Shown in pieces: positions 1 through 12,073 of a stretch of DNA of 64,000 bases (positions within the stretch are counted from its first letter, which is position 1; every line of letters begins with the position of its first letter). The notes under the pieces were generated by a model that saw only the letters and a program-made list of their open reading frames with translations, was not told the DNA's origin and searched no databases. The position numbers and the translations under genes were made by a program. Origin of the DNA: Pristiophorus japonicus (Eukaryota); the NCBI RefSeq assembly GCF_044704955.1, contig NC_091977.1:195176001-195240000 (forward strand), in the 5' to 3' direction.

Positions 1-700
1 CAATTATTTCTTGCAGTGTCACCAAGCGATTAAACATAGTCTCCTTTCTGATGTGAGATTTGTTTATACAATAAATGTAAAATCAGTTGTGATGGCATTT
101 GTGAAGATAAAACACCACCATCTAAATGTAATCTGAACTTCCAGAGCACTGCTAATATTAAATGTACTCTTTTTTTTTTTATATAAATTGTGATTTTGTC
201 CATTCTACAATTGCATATATGCAGAGTTTTATTAAAACAGCTACACAAACCAATCATTATCTTGTCAATATAAACCAGCCATAACTAATAAGTTGAATTG
301 CATGTGTTCTAGTATGGAGCAAGCATTTATGAATATATATGAGGTTAATAACACCTTTTCAAAGCTATTATCTATATAAAACCTACAATAAATGTATAGG
401 GGCTCTGTAATCTGTGAAGTATGTATATTTAGCAAGCTGGTTCTTGCTTCCTTACACAGTGATGGCCTTTTTGTAGCTTCCTGGTGCTCATTTCAATAAG
501 TTTGTGAACTCTAAGGAATTTGAGTTTTTAATAAAGACAAATTACTTCTGATTAAAACATCCACAGACTTGTATTCTTTCAAATCTGTAAATATTTTTGA
601 TTTTCATAATGCAAATTTTATGAATGTATCTGTCACTTGTCTTTTAACTCTGTGCCTGCAATAAATATGTAATATATAAATTCTATTTGAGTACTGTGTA
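1..700 (+). other. AT-rich unique sequence, candidate terminal 3' UTR / polyadenylation region of an upstream gene (possibly FCHO2 by synteny)
   Basis: No recognisable repeat. AATAAA at 70-75, 530-535 and 660-665, with UGUA motifs upstream and a GT-rich tract after the last signal. FCHO2 lies just upstream of TMEM171 on the same strand in mammals; gene identity is inference only. Confidence 0.3.
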
Positions 701-819
701 TTGTACAAAATTTATGTATGCGAATGTTTTTAGATGAAATCTAGTAACCTTACATTGATGACTATTGGCGCCATATCGTACTCGCCCCGAACTGGAAAAT
801 TTCAGCAACTTGGCTTCAA

Positions 820-1930
820 ATTCCACACCTCCCTCACCTTCACATAGTCCAACTCCAACTACCCTTATCTTCCTCAACTTCTCTATCACCATGTCAACCA
901 ACATCCGCTATATGCCGACTGACTCCCACAGCTATCTTGATTACACTTCCTCCCACCCCGCTTCCTGTAAGGATTCTATTCCAGTTTCTCCATCTCTGTT
1001 GCATCTGTTCTGACAATGCCATCTTCCATACCAGTGCTTCCGATATGTCTTCCTTTGTCCTCAAGCAAGGATTCTCCTCCATCATGGGGCCCTCGCCAAT
1101 GTCTGGCCCATTTCCTGAACTTTTGCTTTCACGCCTTACCTTCCCTTCCAGAACCACAATGCGGTTCCCCCTGTCCTCACCTTGCACCCCACACGCCTCC
1201 ACATTCAATTTCCTTCACTTCCAGCATAATGCAGTCTCCTCTACAAAATGCAGATTGGGTGATCGCTTTGCTGAACACCTCTGTTCAGTCCGCAAGCGTG
1301 ACCCTGTGCTTCCAGTCGCTTGCCATTTTCATCTCTGCCCCACTCCCCTTCTGTACTCAGCCTCCTACACTGTTCTATTGAAGCTCAGCGGAGCACCTCA
1401 TCCTTTGATTCGGCACTTCACAACCTTCTGGATTCAATATCATCATAGGCAGTCCGTTGGAATCGAGGAAGACTTGCTTCCACTCTTAAAATGAGTCCTT
1501 AGGTGGCTGAACAGTCCAATATGAGAGCCACAGCCCCTGTCACACGTGGGACAGATAGCCGTTGAGGGCAAGGGAGGGTGGGACAGATTTGCCACACACT
1601 CTTTCCACTGCCTGCATTCAACAATTGTTGAAAGTTTACAGCTCCTTTAGACCTATCTTTTGTTTCATTGTTCCATTACCACCCCATTTTGCCTTGCACC
1701 ATCATCACTTTTGTCATTTAATCACCTTAGCCTTCCACTCTATCACAGATCTTCCCTTTTGTTCTTTCCTCCCTCCCCACTTTCCCTGCCTCTGCACTTG
1801 CTTAAAACCTGTTATATCTCTAACATTTTCAAATTCAAAGGAAAGGTCACCAACCTGAAACATTAACTCCGTTTCTCTCCACAGATGTTGCCTGACCTGC
1901 TGAGTGTTTCCAACATTTTCTGTTTATATT
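820..1930 (+). mobile_element. Decayed Penelope-like retroelement (RT C-terminus, GIY-YIG endonuclease, 3' terminal repeat), interrupted by an RTE fragment
   Basis: Translations STNIRYMPTDSHSYLDYTSSHPASCKDSIP (Penelope RT C-terminal region) and TKCRLGDRFAEHLCSVRKRDPVLPVACHF (GIY-YIG R..EH motif). The terminal segment aaggtc..acctgaaac..ctccacagatgttgcctgacctgctgag recurs at 45150, 46340 and 60470. Confidence 0.8.
1441..1615 (-). mobile_element. RTE-clade LINE 3' end
   Basis: Minus strand encodes ...ICPTCDRGCGSHIGLFSHLRTH (C-terminal CCHH finger) followed by a (gat)n-type tail. Same family at 29405 (+) and 58308 (-). Confidence 0.75.
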
Positions 1931-2659
1931 AACCTTATTTATACTCAATTTGATCTGGCATGTACCATAAGTCTTTCCATGCTGTTTTGGTTGTTAGCAT
2001 TGTAAATAATAGTATTTGAAAATAAGTTACTAGTATGGTAGAACATTTCCTTACCAGCTAACCAGGAACTAATTAATGTTTCAACTTTGGCAAATTGAAA
2101 ACTCAAACAACAAGCTAGCTTGTAATTGTGTTTGTTCTATTTTTAACCTCTCATTTTGTTAACTATTGGCTTTACTAGGCTGCATGTGAAACGTTCACAT
2201 TATTTTCTCTCTTTGCACCACCTTAACCAAAGCTGTCAATTAATTTCCTGTAGGTAAAGTTCAAGTAATATATGAATAAGATACTAACATTTAAATAAGT
2301 CCTCACCAAATGGTAACTGCCCTGGGATAACTACTGGAAACACTATCTGACATGTTGTAAAGAGTCTAATGGCTTCACATCTTGCAAACTGAACCCAAAA
2401 TACTGGAAGATGTATAAGTGGAGTGCTGCATAGCATATGATGAATCAGAAAAAAACAAACCAAATTGTGCCTTGTATTAAGATGGCCTCAGACTCAGTAA
2501 AAATGCATCAAATTTAAGATCAAACTGGGCACCTGGTATTATTAGACACCTGCAGTTATGACTGAATCAACACACTATTCTGTTGTGCTCATGGCGCTGA
2601 GGGAGCAGCAAACTGGGGGTTAGATCTTTGCACCATTTTGCATCGTCCCCAGGTGAGAA

Positions 2660-3040
2660 AGAATGAATGAACTTGCATTTATTTAGCACCTTTTACATCC
2701 TCAGGACAACCCAAATACTTCACAACCAATTAATTACAGTTGCAGTAGTGACTGTTATGCAGGCAAACACAGCAGCCAATTTGAGATGAATGGCCAGATT
2801 TGATGGTGTTGGTTGAGTGATACCAGAAGAACACCACTGCTCTTTTTCAAATAGTATAGTAGGATCATTTATGATTTAATATCTCACAGGAGAGATTGTA
2901 TCTCCGACAATGCAGCATCCTCTTAGTGCTACAATGAGGTGTCGGCAAAGATTATATGCTCAAATCCCATGCTGGGGAATGAAACCACAACTTTAATGAA
3001 TTTGAAGCAAGAGCACTGCGACTTACCCATGTTGATGATC
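2660..3040 (-). mobile_element. Degenerate DeuSINE (SacSINE1-like)
   Basis: Reverse-complement similarity to the 47031-47481 copy (cttgcatttat tail; ctgctct..tcaaatagt...ggatc Deu segment). Confidence 0.6.
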
Positions 3041-3281
3041 CAAACAAAAGCCTCGTTATCATATGCATTTAGGGCTTAACTTGTGCTTTTGGCAATTGCA
3101 TGCTTTAGTTCATTGGATCTAGGTGCACTGAAAATGTTGGGAGCAAGAAGTACCTCCCTTCACTTAAGCTATCTTGGTCTCGGGTTGGTGAGCATAATTT
3201 TTTTTTAAATTATTTTAAGTTGATTGTAATAGTATAAAGGTCAGAGAAGGGGAAGAATTTGTTCAGGAGAACTTGATCAGT

Positions 3282-4140
3282 ATAGAAACATAGAAATTTA
3301 CAGCGCAGAAGGAGGCCATTTCGACCCATCGTGTCCGTGCCGGCCGACAAAAGCCGCACGGCCGGTCAGCAGCCCTAAAGGTTACATATAAACCTATGAA
3401 CAATGACGGAAAGGCAAAGAGCATCCAGCCCAACCAGTCCGCCTCACACAACTGCGATATCCCTTATACTGAAACATTCTACACTCCACCCCAACTGGAG
3501 CCATGTGATCTCCTGGGAGAGGCTAAAACCAGATTAAAAACCCAGGCCAATTTAGGGAGAACAAAATCTTGGAAAATTCCTCTCTGACCCATCCAGGCGA
3601 TCGAAGCTAGTCCAGGAGATCACCCTGGCTGTATTCTAATCCCAATTACCAGCTCTGGGTCCGTAACCCTGCAGGTTACTGCACTTTAAGTGCCCATCCA
3701 ACCATCTCTTAAAAGTGGTGAGGGTTTCTGCATCCACCACTCTTCCAGGCAGCGAGTTCCAGATCCCCACAACCCTCTGCATAAAGAAGGCCCCCCTCAA
3801 ATCCCCTCTAAACCTTCCACTAACCACCTTAAAACTATGCTCCCTCATAATAGACCCCTCCACCAATGGAAATAGACCCTTACTATCAACTATATCCAGG
3901 CCCCTCAATATTTTGTACACCTCAATGGGGTCTCCTCTCTCAACCTCCTCTGTTCCAATGAGAACAAACCCAGCCTATCTAATCTGTCCTCATAACTAAC
4001 TAAGATTCTCCATTCCAGGCAGCATCCTAGTAAATCTCTTTTTCACCCCCTCTAGTGCAATCACGTCCTTCCTATAATACGGCGACCAGTACTTCACGCA
4101 GTACTCCAGCTGTGGCCTAACCAAAGTATTATTCAAGTAT
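3282..4140 (-). mobile_element. CR1 LINE 3' fragment with a long 3' UTR
   Basis: Minus ORF 3636-3920 has YKILRGLD...FFMQRVVGIWNSLP (CR1 ORF2 C-terminus). Tail atagaaacatagaaa at the left end. Confidence 0.85.
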
Positions 4141-5012
4141 GTTTCCAGCCTGACGAGGAAGGAGGCATTGCTGGATATGGTTCGAGAATGAGATAGGTCA
4201 AGTGGAGCAAGTGTCAGTAGGTGAACATTTAGGGAACTGTGATAATAGTATCATGAGTTTTAGATTACCAAGGTAAAGGACAGGGAGCAATCTAGATTTA
4301 AAATGTTTAACTGGGAGAAGGGCAATTTCAGTAGGATGAGAACGGATCTGGCCTGGATAAACTAGAATCAAAGATTGGCAGGCAAAACTAGTGGAACAAT
4401 GGATTGCCTTTAAAGAGGAAATTGCGCAGGTACAGTCGAAGTACATTCTTACAAGGGGGAAAGGTAGGGCAACTAAAGTTAGAGCTCGCTGGATGAAGAA
4501 ACAGAATATGATGAAGCAGAAAAAGAACGCGTATGACAGATGTCAGGTTGCAAATACATCTGAGAATCAGGTTACATATATATAGAAAGCTCAGAGAAGT
4601 GAAAAAAATAAGGGGCAAAGAGAGGGTATGAGAATAGAATGGCAGCCAACATAAAAGGTAATCCAAAAGTCTGCTATAGGCATATAAATAATAAACGGTT
4701 AGTAAGAGGAGGGGTGGGGCCAAAAAGGAGACCTACGCAGGCAGAGGGTATGGCTGAGGTACCATATGAGTACTTTGCATCTGTCTTCACCAAGGAAGAG
4801 GATGCTGCCATAGACATAGTGAAGGAGGAGGTGGTAGAGACACTTGGTAGAATAAAAATTGATAAAAGAGGTATGAGAAAGGCTGGCTGTACTTAAAGTA
4901 GATAAATCACCAGGAGGACATGGGATGCATCCTAGGATGCTGAAGGAATCGAGGGCGGAAATTGCATAGGTACTGGCCGTAATATTCCAATCCTCCATAG
5001 ATACGGGAATGG

Positions 5013-5787
5013 TGCCAGAGGACTGGAGAATTGCAAATAAGAACATAAGAAATAGGAACAGAGGTAGGCCATATGGCTCCTCGAGCCTGCTCCGCCATTC
5101 AATAAGATTATGGCTGACTTGATCATGGACTTAGCTCCACTTCCCTGCCCGTTCCCCATAACCCCTTATCGTTTAATAAACTGTAATAATAATGTTACAC
5201 CAATGTTCAAAAAAGGATGTAAAGATAATCCCAGCAACTACAGGCCTGTCAGTTTAACCTCGGTAGTGGGGAATCTTTTAGAAACAGGAATCAGGGACAA
5301 CATTAACAGTCACTTGGATAGGGGTGGATTAATTAAGGAAAGCCAGCATGGATTTGTTAAAGGCAAATCATGTTTAACCAACTTGATCGAGTTTATTGAT
5401 GAGGTAACAGAGTGGGTTGATGAGGGTGATGCGGTTGACGTAGTGTATATAGATTTCCAAAAGGCGTTTCCTTAATTAATCCACCCCTATCCAAGTGACT
5501 GTTAATTTTTTCCCTGATTACTGTTTCTAAAAGATTCCTCACTACTGAGGTTAAACTGACAGGCCTGTAGTTGCTTTACATCCTTTTTTGATCAAAGGTG
5601 TAACATTGTTGTTACACAGTTTCTTAAATGATAAGGGGTTATGGGGAACGGGCAGGGAAGTGGAGCAGAGTCCATGATCAAATCAGCCATAATCTTATTG
5701 AATGGCAGAGCAGGCTGGAGGGGCCATATGGCCTAACCCTGTTCCTATTTCTTAGGTTCTTATTTGCAATTCTCCAGTCCTCTGGCA
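5013..5787. repeat. Inverted duplication: arms 5013-5341 and 5467-5787, 125-bp spacer
   Basis: tttccttaattaatccacccctatcc...tctccagtcctctggca is the reverse complement of tgccagaggactggag...ggtggattaattaaggaaa, including the nested CR1 tail. Confidence 0.92.
5038..5205 (-). mobile_element. Short nested CR1 3' end
   Basis: taagaacataagaaatagg tail plus 3' UTR, inserted into host ttgcaaat/gttacacc. Confidence 0.85.
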
Positions 5788-5915
5788 AGTGCCACATAAT
5801 AGGCTCACCAGCAAAATTGAAGCCCATGGACAGTGACAGCCTGAATACGAAATTGGCCAAGTGACAGGAAACAGAGAGTAGTGGTGAACGGTTGTTTTTC
5901 GGACTGGAGGAAGGT

Positions 5916-8136
5916 GGAGAGTGACACAGTTAATTCGGAAACTAGGGTCCTGAACTTAAGGAAAGGTAATTTTGACGGTATGAGATGTGAATTGGCTAGA
6001 ATAGACTGGCAAAGAATACTTAAAGGGTTGACGGTGGATAAGCAATGGCAAACATTTAAAGATCACATGGATGAACTTCAGCAATTGTACATCCCTGTCT
6101 GGAGTAAAAATAAAACAGGGAAAGTGGCTCAACCATTGCTAACAAGGGAAATTAAGGATAGTGTTAAAACCAAGGAAGAGGCATATAAATTGGCCAGAAA
6201 AAGCAACAAACCTGAGGACTGGGAGAAATTTAGAATTCAACAGAGGAGGATTAAGGGTTTAGGGGGAAAATAGAGTATGAGAGGAAGCTTGCAAGGAACA
6301 TAAAAACTGACTGCAAAAGCTTCTATAAATATGTGAAGAGAAAAAGATAAGTGAAGACAAACATTTTCAGTCGGATTCAATTGAATTTATAATGGGGAAC
6401 AAAGAAATGGCAGACCATTTGAACAAATACCTCGGGTTCTGTCTTCACGCAGGAAGACACAAATAACCTTCCGAATGTACTAAGGGACAGTGGGTCTAGT
6501 GAGAAGGAGGAACTGAAGGATATCATTAGGCGGGAAATGGTGTTAGGGAAATTGATGGGATTGAAGGCCGATAAATCCCCGTGGCCTGATAGTTTGCATC
6601 CCAGAGTACTTAAGGAAGTGGCCCTAGAAATAGTGGATGCATTGGTGGTCATTTTCCAACAGTCTATCGACTCTGGATCAGTTCCTATGGACTGGAGAGT
6701 AGCTAATGTAACACCACTTTTTAAAAAAGGAGGGAGAGAGAAACCGGGTAATTATATACCGGTTAGCCTGACATCAGTAGTGGGGAAAATGTTGGAATCA
6801 ATCATTAATGATGAAATAGCAGCGCATTTGGAAAGCAGTGACAGGATCGGACCAAGTCAGCATGGATTTATAAAAGGGAAATCATGCTTGACGAATCTTC
6901 TGGAATTTTTTGAGGATGTAACTAGCAGAGTGGACAAGGGAGAACCAGTGGATGTGGTGTATTTGGACTTTCAAAAGGCTTTTGACAAGGTCCCCCGCAC
7001 AAGAGATTTGTGTGAAAAATCAAAGCACATGGTATTGGGGGTAATGTACTGACTTGGATAGAGAACTGATTGGCAGACAGGAAGCAGAGTCGGGATAAAC
7101 GGGTCCTTTTCAGAATGGCAGGCAGTGACTAGTGGAGTGCTCAGTGCTGGGATCCCAGCTCTTTACAATATACATTAACGATTTAGATGAAGGAATTGAG
7201 TGTAATACCTCTAAGTTTGCAGATGACACTAAACTGGGTGGCGGTGTAAGCTGTGAGGAGGACGCTAAGAGGCTGCAGGGTGACTTGGACAGGTTAGGTG
7301 AGTGGGCAAATGCATGGCAGATGCAGTATAATGTGGATAAATGTGAGGTTATCCATTTTGGGGGCAAAAACAGGAAGGCAGACTATTATCTGAATAGCGG
7401 CAGATTAGGAAAAGGGGAGGTGCAACGAGACCTGGGTGTCATGGTTCATCAGTCATTGAAAGTTGGCATGCAGGTACAGCAGGCGGTTAAGAAGGCAAAT
7501 GGTATGTTGGCCTTCATAGCTAGGGGATTTGAGTATAGGAGCAGAGAGGTCTTACTGCAGTTGTACAGGGCCTTAGTGAGGCCTCACCTGGAATATCATG
7601 TTCAGTTTTGGTCTCCTAACCTGAGGAAGGCGTTCTTGCTATTGAGGGAGTGCAGCGAAGGTTCACCAGACTGATTCCAGGGATGGCTGGACTGTCATAT
7701 GAGGAGAATTGGATCAACTGGGCCTTTATTCACTGGAGTTTAGAAGAATGAGAGGGATCTCATAGAAACGTAGAAGATTCTGATGGGACTGGACAGGTTA
7801 GATGCAGGAAGAATGAACCCGATGTTGGGGAAGTCCAGAACCAGGGGACATAGTCTTAGGATAAGGGGTAGGCCATTTAAGACTGAGATGAGGAGAAACT
7901 TCTTCACTCAGAGAGTTGTTAACCTGTGGAATTCCCTGCCGCAGAGAGTTGTTGATGCCAGCTCATTGGATATGTTCAAGAGGGAGTTAGATATGGCCCT
8001 TACGGCTAAGGGGATCAAGGAGAGAAAGCAGGAAAGGGTTACTGAGGGAATGATCAGCCATGATCTTATTGAATGGCAGTGCAGGCTCGAAGGGCCGAAT
8101 GGCCTACTCCTGCACCTCTTTTCTTTGTTTCTATGT
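5916..8136 (+). mobile_element. Nested younger CR1 (5'-truncated ORF2, several frameshifts)
   Basis: ORFs 6537-7052 and 7132-7674 contain DFQKAFD and KFADDTKLGG. Tail tttctatgt. Host ggaggaaggt/atacagtggtg rejoins on removal. Confidence 0.9.
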
Positions 8137-10357
8137 ATACAGTGGTGTTCTCCAGGGGTCGGTTCTAGGACCACTGTTTTTCTTGATATATATATTAATG
8201 ACTTGGACTTAGGTGTACAGGGCACAATTTCAAAATTTGCAGATGCCACAAAACTTGGAAGTATAGTGAACATTGGGGAGGAGAGTGATAGACTTCAGGA
8301 AGACATAGACAGGCTGGTGAAATGAGCAGGCACGTGGAGGATGAAATTTAATGCAGAAAAGTGTGAAGTGATGCATTTTAGTAGAAAAGATTAGAGGACA
8401 TAAAACTAAAGGGTGCACGAATAGAGAGACCTGTGGGTATGTGTGCATAAATCGTTGAAGTTGACAGGGCAGGTTGAGAAAGCAGTTAAAAAGGCTTACG
8501 GGATCCAGGACTTCATAACTAGAGGTATAGAGTACAAAAGTGTGGAAATGATGATAAACCTGTATAAAACACTAGTTTGGCCCCAACTGGAGTACTGTGT
8601 CCAATTCTGGGCACCACATTTCAGGAAGGCCTCAGAGAAGGTCCAGAAAAGAGGGACTTCAGTTATGTGGATAGACTGGAGAAGCTGGGATTGTTACCCT
8701 TGGAGCAAAGAAGATTGAGAGGAGATTTGATAGAGGTGTTCAAAATCATGAGGGGTCTGGACAGAGTAGATAAAGAGAAACTGTTCACATTGGCAGAAGG
8801 TTTGAGAACCAGAGGACACAGATTTAACGTGATTAGCAAAAGAACCAAAGGTGATGTAAGAAAAAAAATTTTTACACAGCGACTGGTTTTGCCCTGGAAT
8901 GTACTGCCTGAAAGGTTGGTGGAGGCAAACTCAAATATCTTTCAAAAGGGGGTTGGATAAGTATGTGTAGGAAAAAAATTGCAGGGCTATGGGGAAAGAG
9001 CAGGGGAGTGGGATTAGCTCAGATTGCATGGGCTCGAATGGCCGCCTTCCATGTGGTAACCATTCGATGATTTTTAAGTATTTCTTTTGGTCTATTGCAG
9101 TTCCAATTACTGCTTATTTTTGACTCATTTTACCATCAATTAGTCATGTGTTTCACTGTCCTGTGCAACAGCCTTCACTGATATGATAGCCTTTCTTGGA
9201 AATTCCAGTTGCCCTGTGGAAATAGGAGAACTTGTGTGAATCCTTTGACAAGCTCAAGGTGGTCTGGTGGATTCTGGGTAATGTTGGATGTGTGCCACCT
9301 GCCTCAGCTGCAGTCCTACGAGTTACACCCAGAATAAATTCTTAAAGGATAACAATGGGGACTTCTGGTGTTCAAGTGCAATAAGGTAGTTCACAGAGAG
9401 AATTACTGTAGGTACAAATGAAAATTCAAGGATTTTGACCCAGTAACGATGAAGGAACGGCAATATATTTCCAAGTCAGGATGATGTGTGACTTGAATGG
9501 TAATGTGCATGTGATGGCATTCCCATGTTTCTGTCGCTCGTCCTTCTGGATGGTAGAGGCTGCGGGATTGGGAGGAGCTGCAAAGAAGCATATTCCATTT
9601 GGGGAGGAGGTAGAAGTTTAGGGGTGAAATACTGATCAAGTGGACTGTTTTATTCTGGTTGGTATAGAGATTGTTGAGTGTTGTTGCAGCTGCACCAATC
9701 CTGGCAATTGGAAGTATTCTGCCACACTCCAGATTTGTGTCTTTTGTGCCTTATGTTCGGCCCAAGGCTGCAATGAAGCAGAGTAATCCTGTTGGAACAC
9801 AAACTGAGCATGAGTGAGCAGGTTATTGGTGAGTGCTGCTTGATAGCACTATTGGTTACTTCTTCCAGCACTTTGCCGATGATTGGGTATAGGCTAATAG
9901 GGTTGTAATTAGCAAGGTCGGATTTGTACTGCTTTTTGTGCGCACGACATACGTGGGCAATTTTAAACATTGTCAGGTGGATGCCAGTGCAGTAGCTATA
10001 CTGGAACAACTTAGCAAGTGTATGTCTAGTTCTGAAGCATAAGTCTTCACCACGACAGCTAGGGTGTGTCTAGTGCACTCAGCTGTTTCTTGGTATCACA
10101 TGGAGTAAATTCAATTGGCTGAAGACTGACATCTGTGATGGGACTTCAGAAGGAGTCCGAGAAGGATTATCCACTTGGCACTGCTGCCTGAAGATGTTTG
10201 GAAATGCTTCAGCCTTGTGTTTTGCACTCACGTGCTAGGCTTCACCATCATTGAGGATGGGGATGTTCATGGAGCCTCCTCCTCCTGTTGTTTGCTTAAT
10301 TGTTCACTATCATTCATGACCAGCTGTGGCAGGGTTGCAGAGCATTGACCTGATTCG

Positions 10358-11084
10358 GGAGAAGGCGGGGGTCCACACGGGAGTCCTCCCTCTATCTATT
10401 GGAGACTTGGTCTGGAGGGTGTTGCACGGAGCAGTCCCATGCAATAACTTTTTAAGTCAGTTCACGGACTCCCAGGCCGCCTGCAATTTCTGCGGCCTGG
10501 AAGATTTCGTGTTCCATGTCTTTATAGAGTGTGCGAGGTTGCAGCCCCTCTTCCATTATTTAAAGGGGTTGCTCCTCAAATTCTGGTTGCACTTCAGTCC
10601 CACACTCCTGATCTTTGGGCACCCTGTGCAGAGGGGAGCGGGTAGGTCCGAGGGCCTCCTCATAGGACTGCTCCTGGGCAAGGCCAAGGGGGTCATCAGC
10701 CGGTCCAGGCAGTGGGCAGTCGAGGGGGCCATTCAGCCCGACTGCCTGCCTCTCTACCGCAGTTACATCTGAGCCAGGGTGTCCCTGGAGATGCAGCACG
10801 CGGTGTCCACCAGTACGCTCGCGGCCTTCTGTGAGAAGTAGGCGCCGGAGGGACCGGAGTGCATCATCACCTCCGGCAACCAAATTTTAATTTGATTTTA
10901 TTGTCTAAAGTTTAATTTGTTTAATTTTCTGGTTTCAGTGCCATCCCCCCTTTAGCCAGGAGGCACTTGTATAATTTGTGTGTTGGTGCCCTCAAAAAAA
11001 AAGGGGCACTGGAAAAAATATATATTTTGGAATGTGACACCCCCCTTGCAGGGGGCATTTGTTTAAAGTGCACAACTAAAATAG
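10358..11084 (+). mobile_element. Tx1/L1-clade LINE 3' fragment with 13-bp TSD
   Basis: zf-RVT-type WRVLHGAVPCN...CNFCGLEDFVFHVFIEC. TSD TTGACCTGATTCG at 10345-10357 and 11085-11097. Confidence 0.88.
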
Positions 11085-11794
11085 TTGACCTGATTCGTTG
11101 GTTATGGGATGGCTTGGCTCTGTCAGTATTTTGCAGCTTTTGTTTCAGTGGTGGTACTACCAAGCCATGCTTGCCGATGAACATTGAAGTCCCCCACCCA
11201 GAGTACATTCTGTGCCATTGCTACCCTCCGTAGTTCCTCCAACACGGAGGAGGTTTTTTTTATTCGTTCATGGAATGTGGGCGTCGCCGGCAAGGTCAAC
11301 ATTTATTGCCTATCCCTAAATGCCCTTGAGAAGGTGGTTGTGAGCCACCTTCTTGAATCGCTGCAGTCCGTGTGGTGAAGGTACTCCCACAGTGCTGTTA
11401 GGGAGGGAGTTCCAAGACTTTGACCCAGCAATGAAGGAATGGCAATATATTTCCAAGTCATGATGGTGTGTAACTTGGAGGGTAACGTGGAAATGATGAT
11501 GTTCCTATGCACCCGCTGCCCTTGTTCTTCTATGTAGTAGAGGTCATGGGTTTGGGAGGTGCTGCTGAAGAAGCCTTGGTGAGTTGCCCTAGTGTAACTT
11601 GTAGATGGTACACACTGCAGCCACGGGTGCACGATGGTGGAGGGAGTGAATGTTTAAGGTTGGGTGTCAATCAAATGGGCTGCTTTGTCCTGGATGGTGT
11701 TGAGCTTCTTGAGTGTTGTTGGAGCTGCACTCATCCAGGCAAGTGGGGAGACTGCCATCACACTCCTGACTTGTGCTCTGTCGATTGTGGAAAG

Positions 11795-12073
11795 TGTTGT
11801 GTATGCATGCCTGTTTACTGTGTGATGTCTGTAACACTGTTATGCAATACTAAATGTACCCTTACACTGTACACACCTTGCCTGTACACCAGAGGGTGCT
11901 GCAGCTGGAGACCTAAGGGTTACCTGCACACTGCAGGTAACCCAGTATAAAAAGGAACACACAGCTTGTTGTCCTCACTCAGGAACTGCAAATAAAGGAC
12001 TACAGGTCTACACAGTTTAAGTATCATACCCTGCCTCGTGGAGTCATTACTAAAGGTGCCTACATACACTATA
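11795..12073 (+). repeat. 5' LTR
   Basis: Starts TG, contains TATAAAAA and AATAAA; about 18 mismatches versus the 3' LTR (manual count). Confidence 0.93.

Larger units (their letters stand above)
4141..9072 (+). mobile_element. Older CR1 LINE (5'-truncated, frameshifted) hosting two nested CR1 insertions and an inverted duplication
   Basis: ORF2 pieces NYRPVSLTSVVG, QHGFVKGKSCLTNL, DFQKAF, KFADATKLG and QLEYCVQFWAP; 3' end gtaaccattcgatga at about 9056-9070. Confidence 0.9.

Noticed and set aside
3282-4450. Head-to-head CR1 pieces (also 51275-51900) as twin-priming 5' inversions
   Set aside because: The minus pieces duplicate the C-terminal region already present in the plus-strand copies and look like different subfamilies; the 3282 piece has its own 3' tail.
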